DNA of 63,496 bases, filler included, from Rhabdomonas costata (GCA_019059605.1; 41 parts of 41 records of this genome joined end to end with filler, not necessarily neighbours in it); one strand, 5' to 3'. Counted from the whole stretch's first letter, positions 11,999 through 24,402 are shown. Numbers and translations are program-made. Notes: generated by a model from the sequence alone, not told the origin.

Positions 11999-14316
11999 AT
12001 CTGGATATCACGGTCGAATTATCGCTTCTTTGCACGTTCAGTTCGCAAACCAGACAAGGACAGAAGAAGAGACCCCTGAGCGGCCTTCCGAGACCTTCCG
12101 CCCCCTTTCACAGCGGGCTGGCCCCACCAAAAGGGCAGCCCCCTACCCAAACGAAAACCGAGAACCAGAGCAAAAACAGGAAGCCCTGTGCGGAAAGAGC
12201 CACATCGGAAATACGACAACGAAGAAGGGGGACGGGGGAGGGTCGTGGCTGGAGCAAAACTAAAATTCTGCAAGTGGAGCCCCGTGCTCAAAGATATCAT
12301 TGGTTACACAACACCACNNNNNNNNNNNNNNNNNNNNNNNNNNNNNNNNNNNNNNNNNNNNTTAATTAATTAANNNNNNNNNNNNNNNNNNNNNNNNNNN
12401 NNNNNNNNNNNNNNNNNTTTTTGTGTGGTACCTCGCAAGGCGCAAAATCTACGCACTTCAAGTTCATTAAATTCTTCACGGTATCCATCACTCCATGCCC
12501 ATTAAATTACTACAATCACTGAAGTGTTTCGTCTAAGGTCGTTCTACAAATGTCATTACCCGATCGTGCCGTGCCGGTTCTTCATCATGAAGAGCCTGCT
12601 ACGTTTTACTATAATAGGCTCCACATTAAACTCAGACGTTTTTGTCCCTCGATGAAACTCAGGTTCTCGACGGAAACATCGCATTTGAACCGTGCTCCGA
12701 AAGAATGCAAGATGTGAGCAAAAAGTTACTTATATTCTGCCCGAAAAATATCGCTGTGCATTTCGTCCTTTGGTTCGGTGCCACCGCCACCGCCACTCCC
12801 ACTCCGTGAAAGCATGCCGTCCTCTATATGGGTGCAAGCTGAGGTTAGCAGATGACCCTCTGCCGGACGTCATAGCCTGTTATAGGCATCCATTCTCAAT
12901 CATCTGGAAAATGATTTTGACGGTGCCTGTCCAGAGTCCCTATGCCACAACACCTAATACATAAGAAGACATGTCCGCGCTGCCCAAAACTTGATCCCTT
13001 GCCCAATTATGCGGGAGAGGTGACACCTGGGATGCAGCACTCCTCTGATGTACAATCCAAAGCGCGGCAAATTTTGGAGGACGGGTTCAGCTGCAGCACG
13101 GTCTTCGCCGGGCAGGTCATGGTTTCGCACTTCGGTACTGAAAGGACGGGGTCAAATACTCACCTCCCACTAAAAAGAGGATCGTGGCGATTAGAAAGGA
13201 ATGACTCATGCGATTGAGGGGGCGAGGGATGAGCATGTAGTGCCGAAAAGGAAGCCCAGGAAGGCCAAAGCAATAGCCCAGGAAAAGCGCTCTGAAAGCA
13301 GAGCATCGGTCAGACCCATAAAAACGTGTAGAGGATAGAAGGAAAAGGTGACAGAAAGAATATAAGTCACCCTCAACCATCGTCCTCTAGTCCTCTAACC
13401 TCCCCTGCAAACCCAGATCCTTGCTCAAAGAACGCTTCCATCACCCTCTCATCCTTGCGAAACCCACACCCACCAACAATCCTCCGCAACCAGGGCTAAT
13501 CGTGTCAATTACGCCCCCTCGACCCCTAGCTTCCACTGACTTCAAGGAGTAACACGGCACAGATAATGCGGCATCACACCCAACAAGAACCCGCCGCATA
13601 CATGGGACACAACACTCCTCAAGAGTGCAGTCTAAGCCGCGGCAGGTGATGGACCAGGGATTGGAGCGAAGCAAGTGGCTCTTCGGGCAGGAGGTGACTG
13701 TGGTGCAGGTCGGAGCTAAAAAGGATGACGTACGAGCATGTGGATAATCTTGCATGTGGAGGAATACAACCCGTGCCATGTGGAATGAACGTGAGAATCC
13801 AGGTCGCAGCAACGTTTGCCATCGCATTTGAAGACGTGAGGGCAGCTGCTATCCGAAAGAAAAAAACAANNNNNNNNNNNNNNNNNNNNNNNNNNNNNNN
13901 NNNNNNNNNNNNNTTAATTAATTAANNNNNNNNNNNNNNNNNNNNNNNNNNNNNNNNNNNNNNNNNNNNTGTTGTGGGTGGCTGAAGGGCAAAATGCGCA
14001 CCATTGTTTGTCTGCACCGATTTTTGTGCGGTGAACCGCATGTTGTTGCATATGTTTGTCCGCGTCACCTCAAAAAGTTACCTAAGAAAGTGCACTCTAA
14101 ATCAGGCATTTTTGGTCTTACAAGCTCAAAAGGGGCGGTGAAAAAACTGGTTTTGACCTCGAGTTGTTTTTGCGTCTTTTCGGCCTGTACGTTGTGTGTC
14201 TACCCCAACCTCTTACTTTTGAAATGTCGCGGACCATATAACTTGTTACACCCTTTTTTCCGGGTGTGGGTAGGGAAGACATTAAAGACGGTTCCCTCTT
14301 TTTCTCTTCTCCGCAG

Positions 14317-15362
14317 GACTGCACCCAAGTCGAAGGGGCGATCGCCTTCGTGGACATCTCTGGATTCAGTGCGCTGACCCACACCCTTGGCCAGGTACAC
14401 AATTTTTCCGAGTCTTTTATTCAGCTGAAAGAGTGCCCATCCCCAGAAGCTGGGTTTTGTGTTCGTAACTCAAGAATGAGGTGGGATGTCCAAAAAAAAT
14501 GCTATCCTTTATGGCTACAGCTCGATAGTGGGTGTGCCAAGCAGGGGTTTGTGGTGTACATGGCGCCTGGCAAGGAAGTAGGGACAGCAGATCAGTGCTG
14601 CGGTCTTCTTCGTAGGGCGCCAAGGGTGCGATGCTTTTGTCCAAGTACATCAACGACTACCTCACCCCTTTGATTGAGATTGTGGACCAACACCAGGGGG
14701 ACATCGTATCCTTCGCCGGGGATGCCTTCCTGGCCCTGTGGCCCTTCCGCCCCACGACGGACACCCAGAGGGCCCCCCTGGCCAAGGCCACGGCGTGCTC
14801 GCTGGCGCTGCAGGCGAAGTACAGCCGGTACACCGTCCCCGGGACCACGATTGTGCTGAAGATCCACATCGGGGTGTCCTATGGAAGTTTTCTAGGTTGG
14901 TGGTCCGCTGTGTTTTGGTCAGTCCCACTGTTTTATGCGAGTCTTCTGGGCGAAACCTCCTCCTGCTCCGTGTGAGCAATTAGCCGATAGACAAAGCGGT
15001 GGTGAAAACACTTTTTTTTACCTGGAATTGTCTTTTTCTCCCACACTATCTCTAAATTTTTGAGACGAAGTGGGCTATGACATCGTCGCCTGTTAGGTTT
15101 CCTGGTGGAGGGCACGGGTCGCCGGCTGTTTCTCCTTGCGGGTCGACCGATGATCACCGTGGGGGATGCCGTCAACACAGCCACCTCCGGGCAGGTGTGC
15201 ATCACCGCCTCAGCCCGAGCGCTGCTGGGCGACATGCTGGCCGCGACAAAGCAGGACAACGGGTGCTACCTCGTCGACGATCTCCACGCCAACAAGGACG
15301 TGGCCGCGGCACCGGCACCATCTGGGCCGTGCCCACCCCTTTCCCTGGTCGCGTATTCTTGA
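14317..15362 (+). CDS. Soluble adenylyl cyclase (ADCY10/sAC-like), C1 domain (exons 14317-14394, 14616-14895, 15097 onward; 3' boundary uncertain)
   Basis: AIAFVDISGFSALT...GAMLLSKYINDYLTPLIEIVDQHQGDIVSFAGDAFLALW...LKIHIGVSYG...FLLAGRPM. Two frame-consistent GT-AG introns. Confidence 0.88.
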
Positions 15363-15576
15363 GTGGGAAGGAGGGCGGAGGTGGGGAGCGTTAGTGGCGT
15401 CATGCTGACCCTCCCCCACAANNNNNNNNNNNNNNNNNNNNNNNNNNNNNNNNNNNNNNNNNNNNTTAATTAATTAANNNNNNNNNNNNNNNNNNNNNNN
15501 NNNNNNNNNNNNNNNNNNNNNAGCATGCTTGCGCAAAAGTGTTGGACTGTTTTGCTCATTTTGTGGCGTTTCAAAG

Positions 15577-16411
15577 CTGATGTTGGAGCACATAGCGCTG
15601 TACGTGCTGAAGTCCTTCCTGGAGGGCGTGCGAGGGCACACCTTCGGGGTCGGGGGCTTCCAGCAGCTGCAGGTCGACACCCACTACCTCAAGCTGGGGC
15701 TCTCCGCCATCATACGAAACCAAAAAGTGGGCGGACAATTCTGGGCTGAAGGGGGCGGGGTAGCAATGGCGCAAATCGTGCAGTGTTGCTCTCAGCCTCG
15801 GTGTTCGTGTGAATGCGGTTTGAATAGCTTCCCAGAGAATTAGGTATATGCTACGAACTGGCAGCAATCATAGCGATGTAGGTGATACCTTGTCTGAAGT
15901 CCCCTGAAGTCTCAGGGGAAGGCGTGGGACGTTACTTCGAAATTTTTGTCTTCCAAGTCATTGCTTCAGGGATTTCGACCGGTCATCATGCTTTCAGCCT
16001 ACTTTTTTTTCTCCATGCTTGAAAAGCTCTTTTGCCTTGATAGAGAGTAATGACTTTGGGTCATTATACAGGGTGGTAATTATGATCCCTAACGGTCCTT
16101 TTATCATTGTCAATCACCACAACTATAGCTTGGAAAACGCGAAACTCGCTGTAACGCCCTTCAACTCACTGCCTCTCTCACGTGTGTCCGGAACACTTCC
16201 TATCGCTGTTGCGTGGTGGAAGGTGGTTGGGGACTTGTGCTCCTCTTCCGCTCAGCTTCTCACGGAGGCCGTAGATGAGATCATGATCTCCGTGCAGGAG
16301 CGGTCCCCAGCCGTGGAACTCATGGCTCCCACACTAATTGAGACGATGGTGCTGAAAAGGCTGGGCAGAAGGCCAGCCAGCTCTCCAGCCTCCTCTGAGC
16401 CCAGCACATGA
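15577..16411 (+). CDS. VPS51: GARP/EARP subunit VPS51, last two exons (15577-15726, 16256-16411)
   Basis: LKSFLEGVRGHTFGVGGFQQLQVDTHYL then LLTEAVDEIMISVQERSPAVELMAPTLIE matches the Vps51 C-terminal LKxxxExVRxxTFxxxGxQQLQVD signature. Confidence 0.8.
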
Positions 16412-16888
16412 GACCAATATGAGATCAATAGCGAACCAGAAGGGATGGTCTCCCACCTGTACGTAGAGAAGAACTGGTTTATTGTTTGTTTTTGCGATGC
16501 ACGTGCTGGTGTACTGTACTGCTTTTGCTCGTGTTTTTCCTTCATCAGGCGATCAGGCGGGTACTGAGGTAGCGTTAATATCATATCTATGGTTCCGTTC
16601 CCCCGTCCCCTTGCAACCACATCAGTGCCTCTTTCGACTTGCAGAATGAGTAGCTGATTCTAATTTGTGGCTTCGTACTTGAGGCACCCTCCTCACCAGT
16701 GCACAATTGGCCCAATTGGCCCAAGTTCAGTTTTTTTTTTTGGATGAGCTGTTTTGGACTCAGTAGTGGAAAAAGCACGCAACCAAAAACCTAAACCGAG
16801 GGGAGCACTGAGAAGTTTCGCGTCTCCCGTGCAACGGAAGCGGAAGCTGCTCATCAGGAAATTGGGGGAACGGGAGAACAAAGGGGAC

Positions 16889-16973
16889 CTCCGCCATTCG
16901 CCGGTAGTCTCCCCCAAGGGCCATCAACTCCTCATGGGTGCCAATCTCTGCCACCCGCGAGCCCTCCGACCCA
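16889..16973 (-). CDS. ABC transporter, end of nucleotide-binding domain; converges on VPS51
   Basis: RVAEIGTHEELMALGGDYRRMAE fits the ExGTHxELxxxxGxYxxL tail of ABCB-type transporters. Confidence 0.75.
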
Positions 16974-17492
16974 NNNNNNNNNNNNNNNNNNNNNNNNNNN
17001 NNNNNNNNNNNNNNNNNTTAATTAATTAANNNNNNNNNNNNNNNNNNNNNNNNNNNNNNNNNNNNNNNNNNNNGGGTTTTGGGTCGCGACTTGTGCGATA
17101 TCAACACACCGATCATCCGAATTACATTTACCGCACCCTTGGGTCCCCATTGCAAAGCAAAGTAATCAAAAGTAAGCAATGGAAGTTATGTGGAATGCAG
17201 TCCCGATGTAATAAACCTGCATGGGAGGAAGTCTGAAGGCTCCCAAGAGCGACGAGTGACAGCATCTCGAGGCAAGATTCAAAGTTCAGGGAGGGTTTCC
17301 GAGCCTTTCCACTTTTCCACCTTGGAACACCATGAGGACAAAACGCTTTCACGGCAAACTTCGACCGAAAGTTTCCTCGCATTCACCACATGGACACAAT
17401 CAGACACCGGCGGGACACAGGGATACTGTACAGAGTGCCCAGAAGGGACCGCTTGACAAAAGAGCTGAAGATGGGTACTCTACCTCAACCAA

Positions 17493-18455
17493 AGGTAGTA
17501 ACAACATTGAGATTGCCGTGAAGGTTCACCCACCGCCCGAAGGACGCGCAGGCGACGGTCAGCACGGCTTTGTCCTGCCCTGTGCAGGAAAGCAGGCCAT
17601 GCACTGCTGGGATAATTACTTGGGGAAGCCAAACGGGTCGGAGGAACTGGCGGATAAATCCATGCAGTTCGGAGATCATCTGGAAGGTAAAGCTCGTGAA
17701 AGGGTGGCTTAAGGAATGAATCTAATTGCGGGAATGCACCGAAATGCTTCAGTATGGGGATGCTCTGGGCCCTTTTACGGTCGTTTTGAGGTATTTCTGC
17801 ATTTAGATGGGCTGGGAAGCGCCTTTTGAGGCCTTTGCAGGGCAGACATAAGCGAGGGTATCCAAGACCATTCGAATAACACTCGGATAGCATTTTAACG
17901 TTTCGATCATGGGTATCATGGGTGTCGGCACGGTCTTTCCAATGCCTTTTTCATCCAATGCGAAACAGCCAAACAAATCATTGGTTTGCATGTTTTCTTC
18001 TTTTGACATAGGGACAGTTTTGTCTGTTGGTTCGCCTTTGTTCTCGTACCTCTCTTAAGAGGACAATTGTATTGGGAGGGGGGGATTAAATGTTTAACGC
18101 GGTTAAACGTTTTGGAAATTGTGGATCGATTGAGATTGGAACAACATTGGTTTAGGGGCGGAAGTCAGCCCCTAAACCAAAGCCCACGGCGCACACACAA
18201 ACTAAAGCCCACGGCGCAGCCGGAGGGCAAGGATGAGGCGGGGACGTTCCATGGGGGGGGGGTCTTGCAAAAATATACTTCCGTACCAGAACTGAAACAA
18301 TTTACACAACAACTTTGAAAGAAAGTGATACCGACGAGCGAGGATGCCAGCCCAGGGTAGTTGGCAATGGTGTAGGTCAGATTAAATGCTGCGCCCACCA
18401 GCTCCCGTCCTGGCTCCTGGGAGACGATGACCTCTCCTGAGAAGGCGTCAGGGCA
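17493..18455 (-). CDS. Possible exons of an unknown Cys-containing (extracellular?) protein
   Basis: Open frames DAFSGEVIVSQEPGRELVGAAFNLTYTIANYPG... and MISELHGFIRQFLRPVWLPQVIIP... Boundaries are approximate and no family is recognised. Confidence 0.3.
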
Positions 18456-18630
18456 AGCAAAATATGGGGCGGGTCCTGTCAAAAAGTGAGTGTTAGGGCT
18501 GAGACGATAATTTGGCAAAAACAAANNNNNNNNNNNNNNNNNNNNNNNNNNNNNNNNNNNNNNNNNNNNTTAATTAATTAANNNNNNNNNNNNNNNNNNN
18601 NNNNNNNNNNNNNNNNNNNNNNNNNGTGGG

Positions 18631-18724
18631 TGTTGCCCAGTTTTTATCTCTGAGAAGGGCGGGGAAGAAGAGATTGAGCACGCACATATTCCCCGCCCTT
18701 TTCAGAGATAAAAACTGGGCAACA
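18631..18724. repeat. 36-bp inverted repeat with 22-nt loop; candidate euglenid nonconventional intron
   Basis: Arms 18631-18666 and 18689-18724 are reverse complements at 35/36 positions; the one mismatch is a G-U pair on the + strand. Confidence 0.95.
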
Positions 18725-18834
18725 GACACCTCGGCGACTCTGTCCCCGGGAGAAACTCTCACCGAGCTGACCTCCAGGTGGCGACGGGAGGCCATCCCCA
18801 TGGGATCGAACATGCACTGCCCAAACCGGCAAGA
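18724..18834 (+). CDS. Possible exon of an RBR E3 ligase (entry into the IBR domain)
   Basis: LTELTSRWRREAIPMGSNMHCPNRQE resembles the 'E-A-I-P-x5-C-P' junction that precedes IBR domains. Short match only. Confidence 0.35.
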
Positions 18835-19061
18835 GTGCACCCTACGTTGAGGCCCAAAAAAAAAGGGGGAGCTGTGGGTACAGCAGACTGCTCAGAGGAA
18901 AGCCTCCTTGAGAGGACGCTATAAACATGATGACTATTCTTCACACTCGGTGCTGATTTTCCTGTGTGTATTTCGATGTCCGGACATATGTCACGGCGGG
19001 CACAACGATTTGGGGAGCAATAAAAGGAGTGATTTTGCCAGCTTGTCCGCACTTTGCAGTG

Positions 19062-19089
19062 GATCGGCAGCGAAGATTCGCTGCCGATC
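19062..19089. repeat. Perfect 13-bp inverted repeat
   Basis: gatcggcagcgaa-ga-ttcgctgccgatc. Confidence 0.9.
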
Positions 19090-20345
19090 GCTGTTCCAGC
19101 CATCAGAGCATTGTCCATGACACGATTTGGGCATTATTTGGGAATTTGGGAATTTGGGCATTTTGTCGCGGATGACGCTTCATAGTGCTTGACGGCATTT
19201 CAGCAGACACCCTTTGAATTGCACTTCAAGCTTCAGTTTGACAGGTCACAGGGATAACCGCCTGAAGGTTGCATCAGGATCGCCTTCGTACTTGCTGAGT
19301 TCAAAAATAACAACCACATAAAATTGCCACATTGAGTGTTCACAGCGATTTAATGCTGCACACACTCCATCTCAACTGCATGCAAACTGCAAGGAAACAG
19401 CGCGTACGCAAACAAGTCTGAAAACACTCCAGGATGGGGAAATCATATTTGACAGCTCAGGACAAGAAATGTGTTGAGAATACCCGGTAATTGTTACATT
19501 ACATCACATTACCAAACCCAAGGGAAAATTGGAAATACCCAGTCGCAGACTGAACTCGAATGAGCGCTCGCATTTGAAGGAGTAGAAAGGAGAGAACAAA
19601 AAAGCAGAAAAATTGGGCGAAGGCAGACGACGTAGGACAGAAAGGCACCATATTTTTCTTGCAGCGCTTTAGTCCGAGTTTGTCGCCCATTCCTGCAATG
19701 TAATTGGATGTTGCTCTCCGTGTCAACAAGCATCTCCCAAAAGTCCTGTCCTCACCCCAATTCCTAAAAGCGAGTGTCTCGCTCTACAGCCGACAACCCT
19801 TCTCCTTTACTTTTGCGAGCTTCCCCAAAGACGGCTGCAGCACAAAAACCGAGAATTGGCACAAACAAATTCCATGGCCTGCAATTTTTAAAGGAAAACG
19901 AGGTTGGGAGCATCATTTTTCATGTTTCTGTGCACCCATGAAATCAGGAAGCAAAGTCAAGCGACTCGTCAGCAACAAGAAGAGCCTCTGCACGTAAACA
20001 TATTTGTATCAGGAATGCTCAATACCACTTTCGTAACAGTGAGAAATGCCCAGATCAATCGCGCAAAAGAAAATTGCNNNNNNNNNNNNNNNNNNNNNNN
20101 NNNNNNNNNNNNNNNNNNNNNTTAATTAATTAANNNNNNNNNNNNNNNNNNNNNNNNNNNNNNNNNNNNNNNNNNNNGTTTTTGGGTATCATCCTTCTTT
20201 TTGAGTTTTTGTGTATCCCATAGCCGTGCAGGGCATCGTACACCCCGGATTGATGGCGGATTGATGGCCCTCATCTCCAAGCGGTTTTTTATGTTGCCGG
20301 ACGTTGCGTGTGTGAAGTTCGCTGAGCATAGTGTTTTGTGTGCAG

Positions 20346-21402
20346 GTACCTGGTCTGCACGGATAAGCTCCTGGACCTCCCGGAGATTACTGTTCAGGTC
20401 TGCAGGGCCCATCGGGGTGGGGATGATGGATCCGCTATGGGAATGGTCTTGTGCGTGTTCCGGTCGTTTGTACGAACTTCAATGCACAAATTATGTGTTT
20501 TCTGTTTGCCCACCCCGTCGCCCGGTGCAACCCCCCGTCCGCTCGGGCATGCCTACAAACTCTTCTGAATGCAATCCTTACGTCTGCAGAAGCTCACTTT
20601 CCAAAAAAGAACCGTATCCTTGCGAAAAGAAAGATGGGCGAAAAGATGGAAGGGAGTTGGACTGAGTTGTGTCGGTTCATTTCCCCAACGATGGGCTGCA
20701 CGTTGCCAACCCCCGCTGTGAACTTGCCCAAGCCGCGGCGTGTGCCCATCTGTGGAATTTTACTTGTGCCCGCAGGAGGCTTTGGCTGCTGAAGCGGCCA
20801 CTGAGCCCCCTTCGGAGGGGGCGGACGGCAAGGCCCACCTGTGCGCCCTTTTGCTGTGGCTGAATGGGAGGCTCCGAAGCAATACAAAGGCCGGGGACCT
20901 GAAGGGTCTGCGCATTTGTGGTGCTCATGGCTGTGTTGTGTGCACCCCTGTTCAGCCCAACGTGTGTATGTGTAAAGGGTGGTACAACAGGGTCTGCGGG
21001 GACCTCGGCAGACCGCTGTTGGTGGCCATTCCTGACGTGGAATGCTTGCGCGCGGAGAAGGCGCGCCGAGATATGCATGCTCCCTTTTCTCATTTTGCAG
21101 AGGTGAAACATAAAGCAATTTGCAGAAGGTTGGAGTAACAATAGCAACATAGGTTATTGTACGTCCACCCAGTTAACAAATAGCTTTCCTGCCGGCATCC
21201 TGATCTGATTTTAACCTTTAACCTTCTTTCTGTTTTGCGGTTTGGTTTTTATAAAAGATGGGATGACCAAGCAGCAGGCGGAGCGGGCGGACGCCCCAGT
21301 GCGGCCGTGGGAGACCCCTGAGGGAATCTCGGGGTTTGTGGATCGCGAGGTACTGCTGAACTCCGCGCCATTCATGCGGTGGATGAAGGACTGCAACGTT
21401 CA
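20346..21402 (+). CDS. Four exons of an uncharacterised protein; last exon weakly resembles the N-terminal part of Nudix/ADP-sugar pyrophosphatases
   Basis: Frame-consistent exons 20346-20397, 20776-20840, 20991-21060 and about 21272-21402 (…GFVDREVLLNSAPFMRWMKDCNVQ). The third donor appears to be GC. Confidence 0.5.
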
Positions 21403-21910
21403 GTATGTCGCCTCCCCCTCCCCTGACCCCTGACCTCTTGGATCTTGCGCACGTGCGGGGGCTCTAAATATATGGCATATCTTCCTAATAAAACCTCATT
21501 ACTACCCCAAATCGTAATCATGTGCGCGTTGGGGGCCTGGATTTACGCTTAATATATGCCAGTCTCCTCCCCCTACCTCTTCCTGTCGTAGCTCCCAACC
21601 GCCATCTCCTGCTGAATCACCACAACAANNNNNNNNNNNNNNNNNNNNNNNNNNNNNNNNNNNNNNNNNNNNTTAATTAATTAANNNNNNNNNNNNNNNN
21701 NNNNNNNNNNNNNNNNNNNNNNNNNNNNGCTGTTGTGCCCTCGGTTGTCATTACCAATCTTCTTTTGCATATTTTTTTTACGTTGATGGAATTTTGATGG
21801 AACCAATGCCAGCGGTAAATGTTACACTGATGGTATACAACTGAAAAGCAAGAAAAGTCCAAAAAAAGAAAGGGTTGGTAGATGCAGAAAAACAGTCCAA
21901 AAGGGAATAC

Positions 21911-22928
21911 TATCATCTCGAAGAAGGTCATGAGCTTCTCCCGCTCCTCGAAAGTCCAGAGTAGGGGGGTCGACGATGACCAGAAGGTAGTTGAGAATCT
22001 GTGTGAGCTCCAGGAAGATCACTCGGATGAAGCTGGCGCGCGGCGGGACGGGGATCTGGCAGAGCTTTTCCACAGCCATCACAAAGACGTGCTCATTAGA
22101 CGTGCCAGAGATGTGGTCCATCCGATCCATGTAGGGAGTCACCTGAGCGACAGATTCGCATGCCATACTCACAGTCATAGCACACCACGAGGTTAAAAAG
22201 CATGGCGTGCAAATAGCCAGTGCTGATTTTGTTTCTATATCCGAGTATGTGCCCGAGTTCGGGTATGGACCATGCCCATGCCCCCATGCCCATGCGACGG
22301 CTTGCCCTTAATTCATGTGCTCCCGTATGGGCATGAGTCATTTGAAGACTTTTGCAATAATAGCTGAGGTACCTGCACTGTGTTTTTCGTGGTTACGCTG
22401 TGACTTGAAGAAGTGGTCAAGGGGTCAGCTAGCTTTCATATACCAAAATCCAAAAAAACAAATCGAAAAATTTGCCTTCCGTCCGTCGTTGGTGAACTCT
22501 GCACAAAAAGCCTTGAGGTTCGCGCCAAAAACCCCGCTCGCGGGGGGTGGGGCAATACAAAAAATTTTGCCAGGGAGCGGAATCCAGAGAGCGGATACAA
22601 AAACACTCTAATCAATAACCCCCGCTTTCTCGCCACATACCTGAATGGCAATCACGCGAAGACTTGCTGTGAACGAAAAGCTAAAAACGCAAAGATAAAA
22701 AAGCGAGAAAGAAAGAATGTCATCGCGAAAAAAACCGTGAGCGGCCGGATGCTGCGAGCCGAAGTTCACGGTAATCGGCTCGATCACCTTTGTCTGCGCA
22801 GCATAGGGCATCCGCCGCAGAGAGTGAGAAGTGTGAACTCCATAGAGGGCAGGCCTCAGTGAAGCAGCCACCCCGCAGCCGCACAGTGAGCGCAAGTCTC
22901 CTCCAAATTTTGCCACCTCGCGCTTCAT
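21911..22928 (-). pseudogene. nad7: Nuclear, intron-containing complex I 49-kDa subunit (nad7/NDUFS2), apparently decayed
   Basis: Exon 22928-22736 encodes a presequence-like leader then EPITVNFGSQHPAAHG. Exon 22142-21911 encodes VTPYMDRMDHISGTSNEHVFVMAVEKL...RASFIRVIFLELTQILNYLLVI, then a frameshift into STPLLWTFEEREKLMTFFE. About 8-9 conserved codons are missing at that point, and no intact LHRGTEK exon was found. Confidence 0.85.
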
Positions 22929-24402
22929 TGCTTGTGTGTGTAAGGGAGGACGAGAATCAAAGCGGCAGAACAGCGCAGGCAAAAAGCAGTACTGAGGTGC
23001 AGCACACCGACAGGATGTGGAGAGAGGGCATTGGACCTTGCCCCTGCTCGTACAAAGGACGCTTTCAGGGAGGGAGTTTCCAACAAGACGCCCGGACACA
23101 CACCTCATTATACAAAGCCTACCGGGACACTGCAGGGCTGGTAAATTCTTCCTCGCCCAGTGTGTTTGCCACCAAAACCNNNNNNNNNNNNNNNNNNNNN
23201 NNNNNNNNNNNNNNNNNNNNNNNTTAATTAATTAANNNNNNNNNNNNNNNNNNNNNNNNNNNNNNNNNNNNNNNNNNNNGTTGGGTTTTTGGGACCGCGG
23301 TTGCTTTTTGGAGTACCCTCGCTGATGCCCGATCGTACCCCTCTGCCCTCTTCTTCAACGAAAGTCTTTTCTGTGGAGATCAGGAGGTCGAAGTTTGGGC
23401 TTATCGGGTTTTTCTGAGATTACTATTCTGGCTTGTTGTCATTGGCGCAGTGGTAATTTGGGAGTGAAGCCTTGTCAATGAAATTACAAAGACGTTTGTA
23501 CACACATCCCCCGCCCCCAATACACACGCCATGTGGCAGAAACTCAGCATTAAGGGTGTAGTTGGGCTCGGGAATTGCAGAATTACTTTCACTGTCATCT
23601 GTTAAATTTGAACACGGCAGGGCAAAAAAGATAGTGACTGCATTGCCAAATATGCACCAGCCAGAATCCCTCTCCCCTTGTCCTTGCTCTCAAAAAAGGT
23701 ATGGAAAGTCCAATTGATCTGGTTCTGGTGCTGTCATTGTGAGGCTTTCATCATGTCTGCCCGCCCGCTGCTATCAGCGCTTTCGACTTTGCGCTCGCAT
23801 TTGTTGTTTGCATTTGCCATGGCTTGTGCGGGACTTTCGACAACCCTCTGAGTGAGCCCGTTTCCGTCTTCTCCTTTGTTTTTCAGAATGCAACTGCCCC
23901 AGAAGTCAAAGGTTGTGCGTTCTTGCGTTTTACGTTTGTTACGTTTGTTCGGTATCGTTATTAATATTTTAGGGCGGAAGAAAATTTCCGCGATAGTGCT
24001 GTAGCCTAATTGTGCTTTGTTTTTGAACACCTTTCCTCATTTTGATGTAGCATTATATCTAAGTCTGCCTGTATGGGTAACTCTTCTTCTTTGATGAGGT
24101 TATTATGCAAACGGGCTTGAGAACTTGTTGATTTTTGACCTCTGGTCCTAGGATGCTCACTTTTTTAGGATGCCGAGCGGTTTTTAGAACGTTGGGAGAT
24201 GTACGAACCCTATGATTTGTGACCGACTTTTAGCAGCGCGCAACGGCCCTTTGTGACACCGGAAGGATTGAGACGGCTTTCCCGCCACCCAAGAGCAGAA
24301 TAACAGCAAAGGTGAAAGGAAAAGGGTGTTTTCCCGTCCCAAAAGCGTTTCTTCCTCCGTCCCTCGCTTTTTCATTATGTGCGTGTGCTTTGTTCTGAAC
24401 AG

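Noticed and set aside
12418-13869. Possible 3' end of a non-LTR retrotransposon
   Set aside because: No RT, endonuclease or zinc-finger motif could be identified.
21911-22928. nad7 as a mitochondrial cryptogene repaired by U-insertion editing or trans-spliced modules
   Set aside because: The missing codons are not just U residues, and the gene has a presequence-like leader, GT/AG boundaries and nuclear-like GC content.
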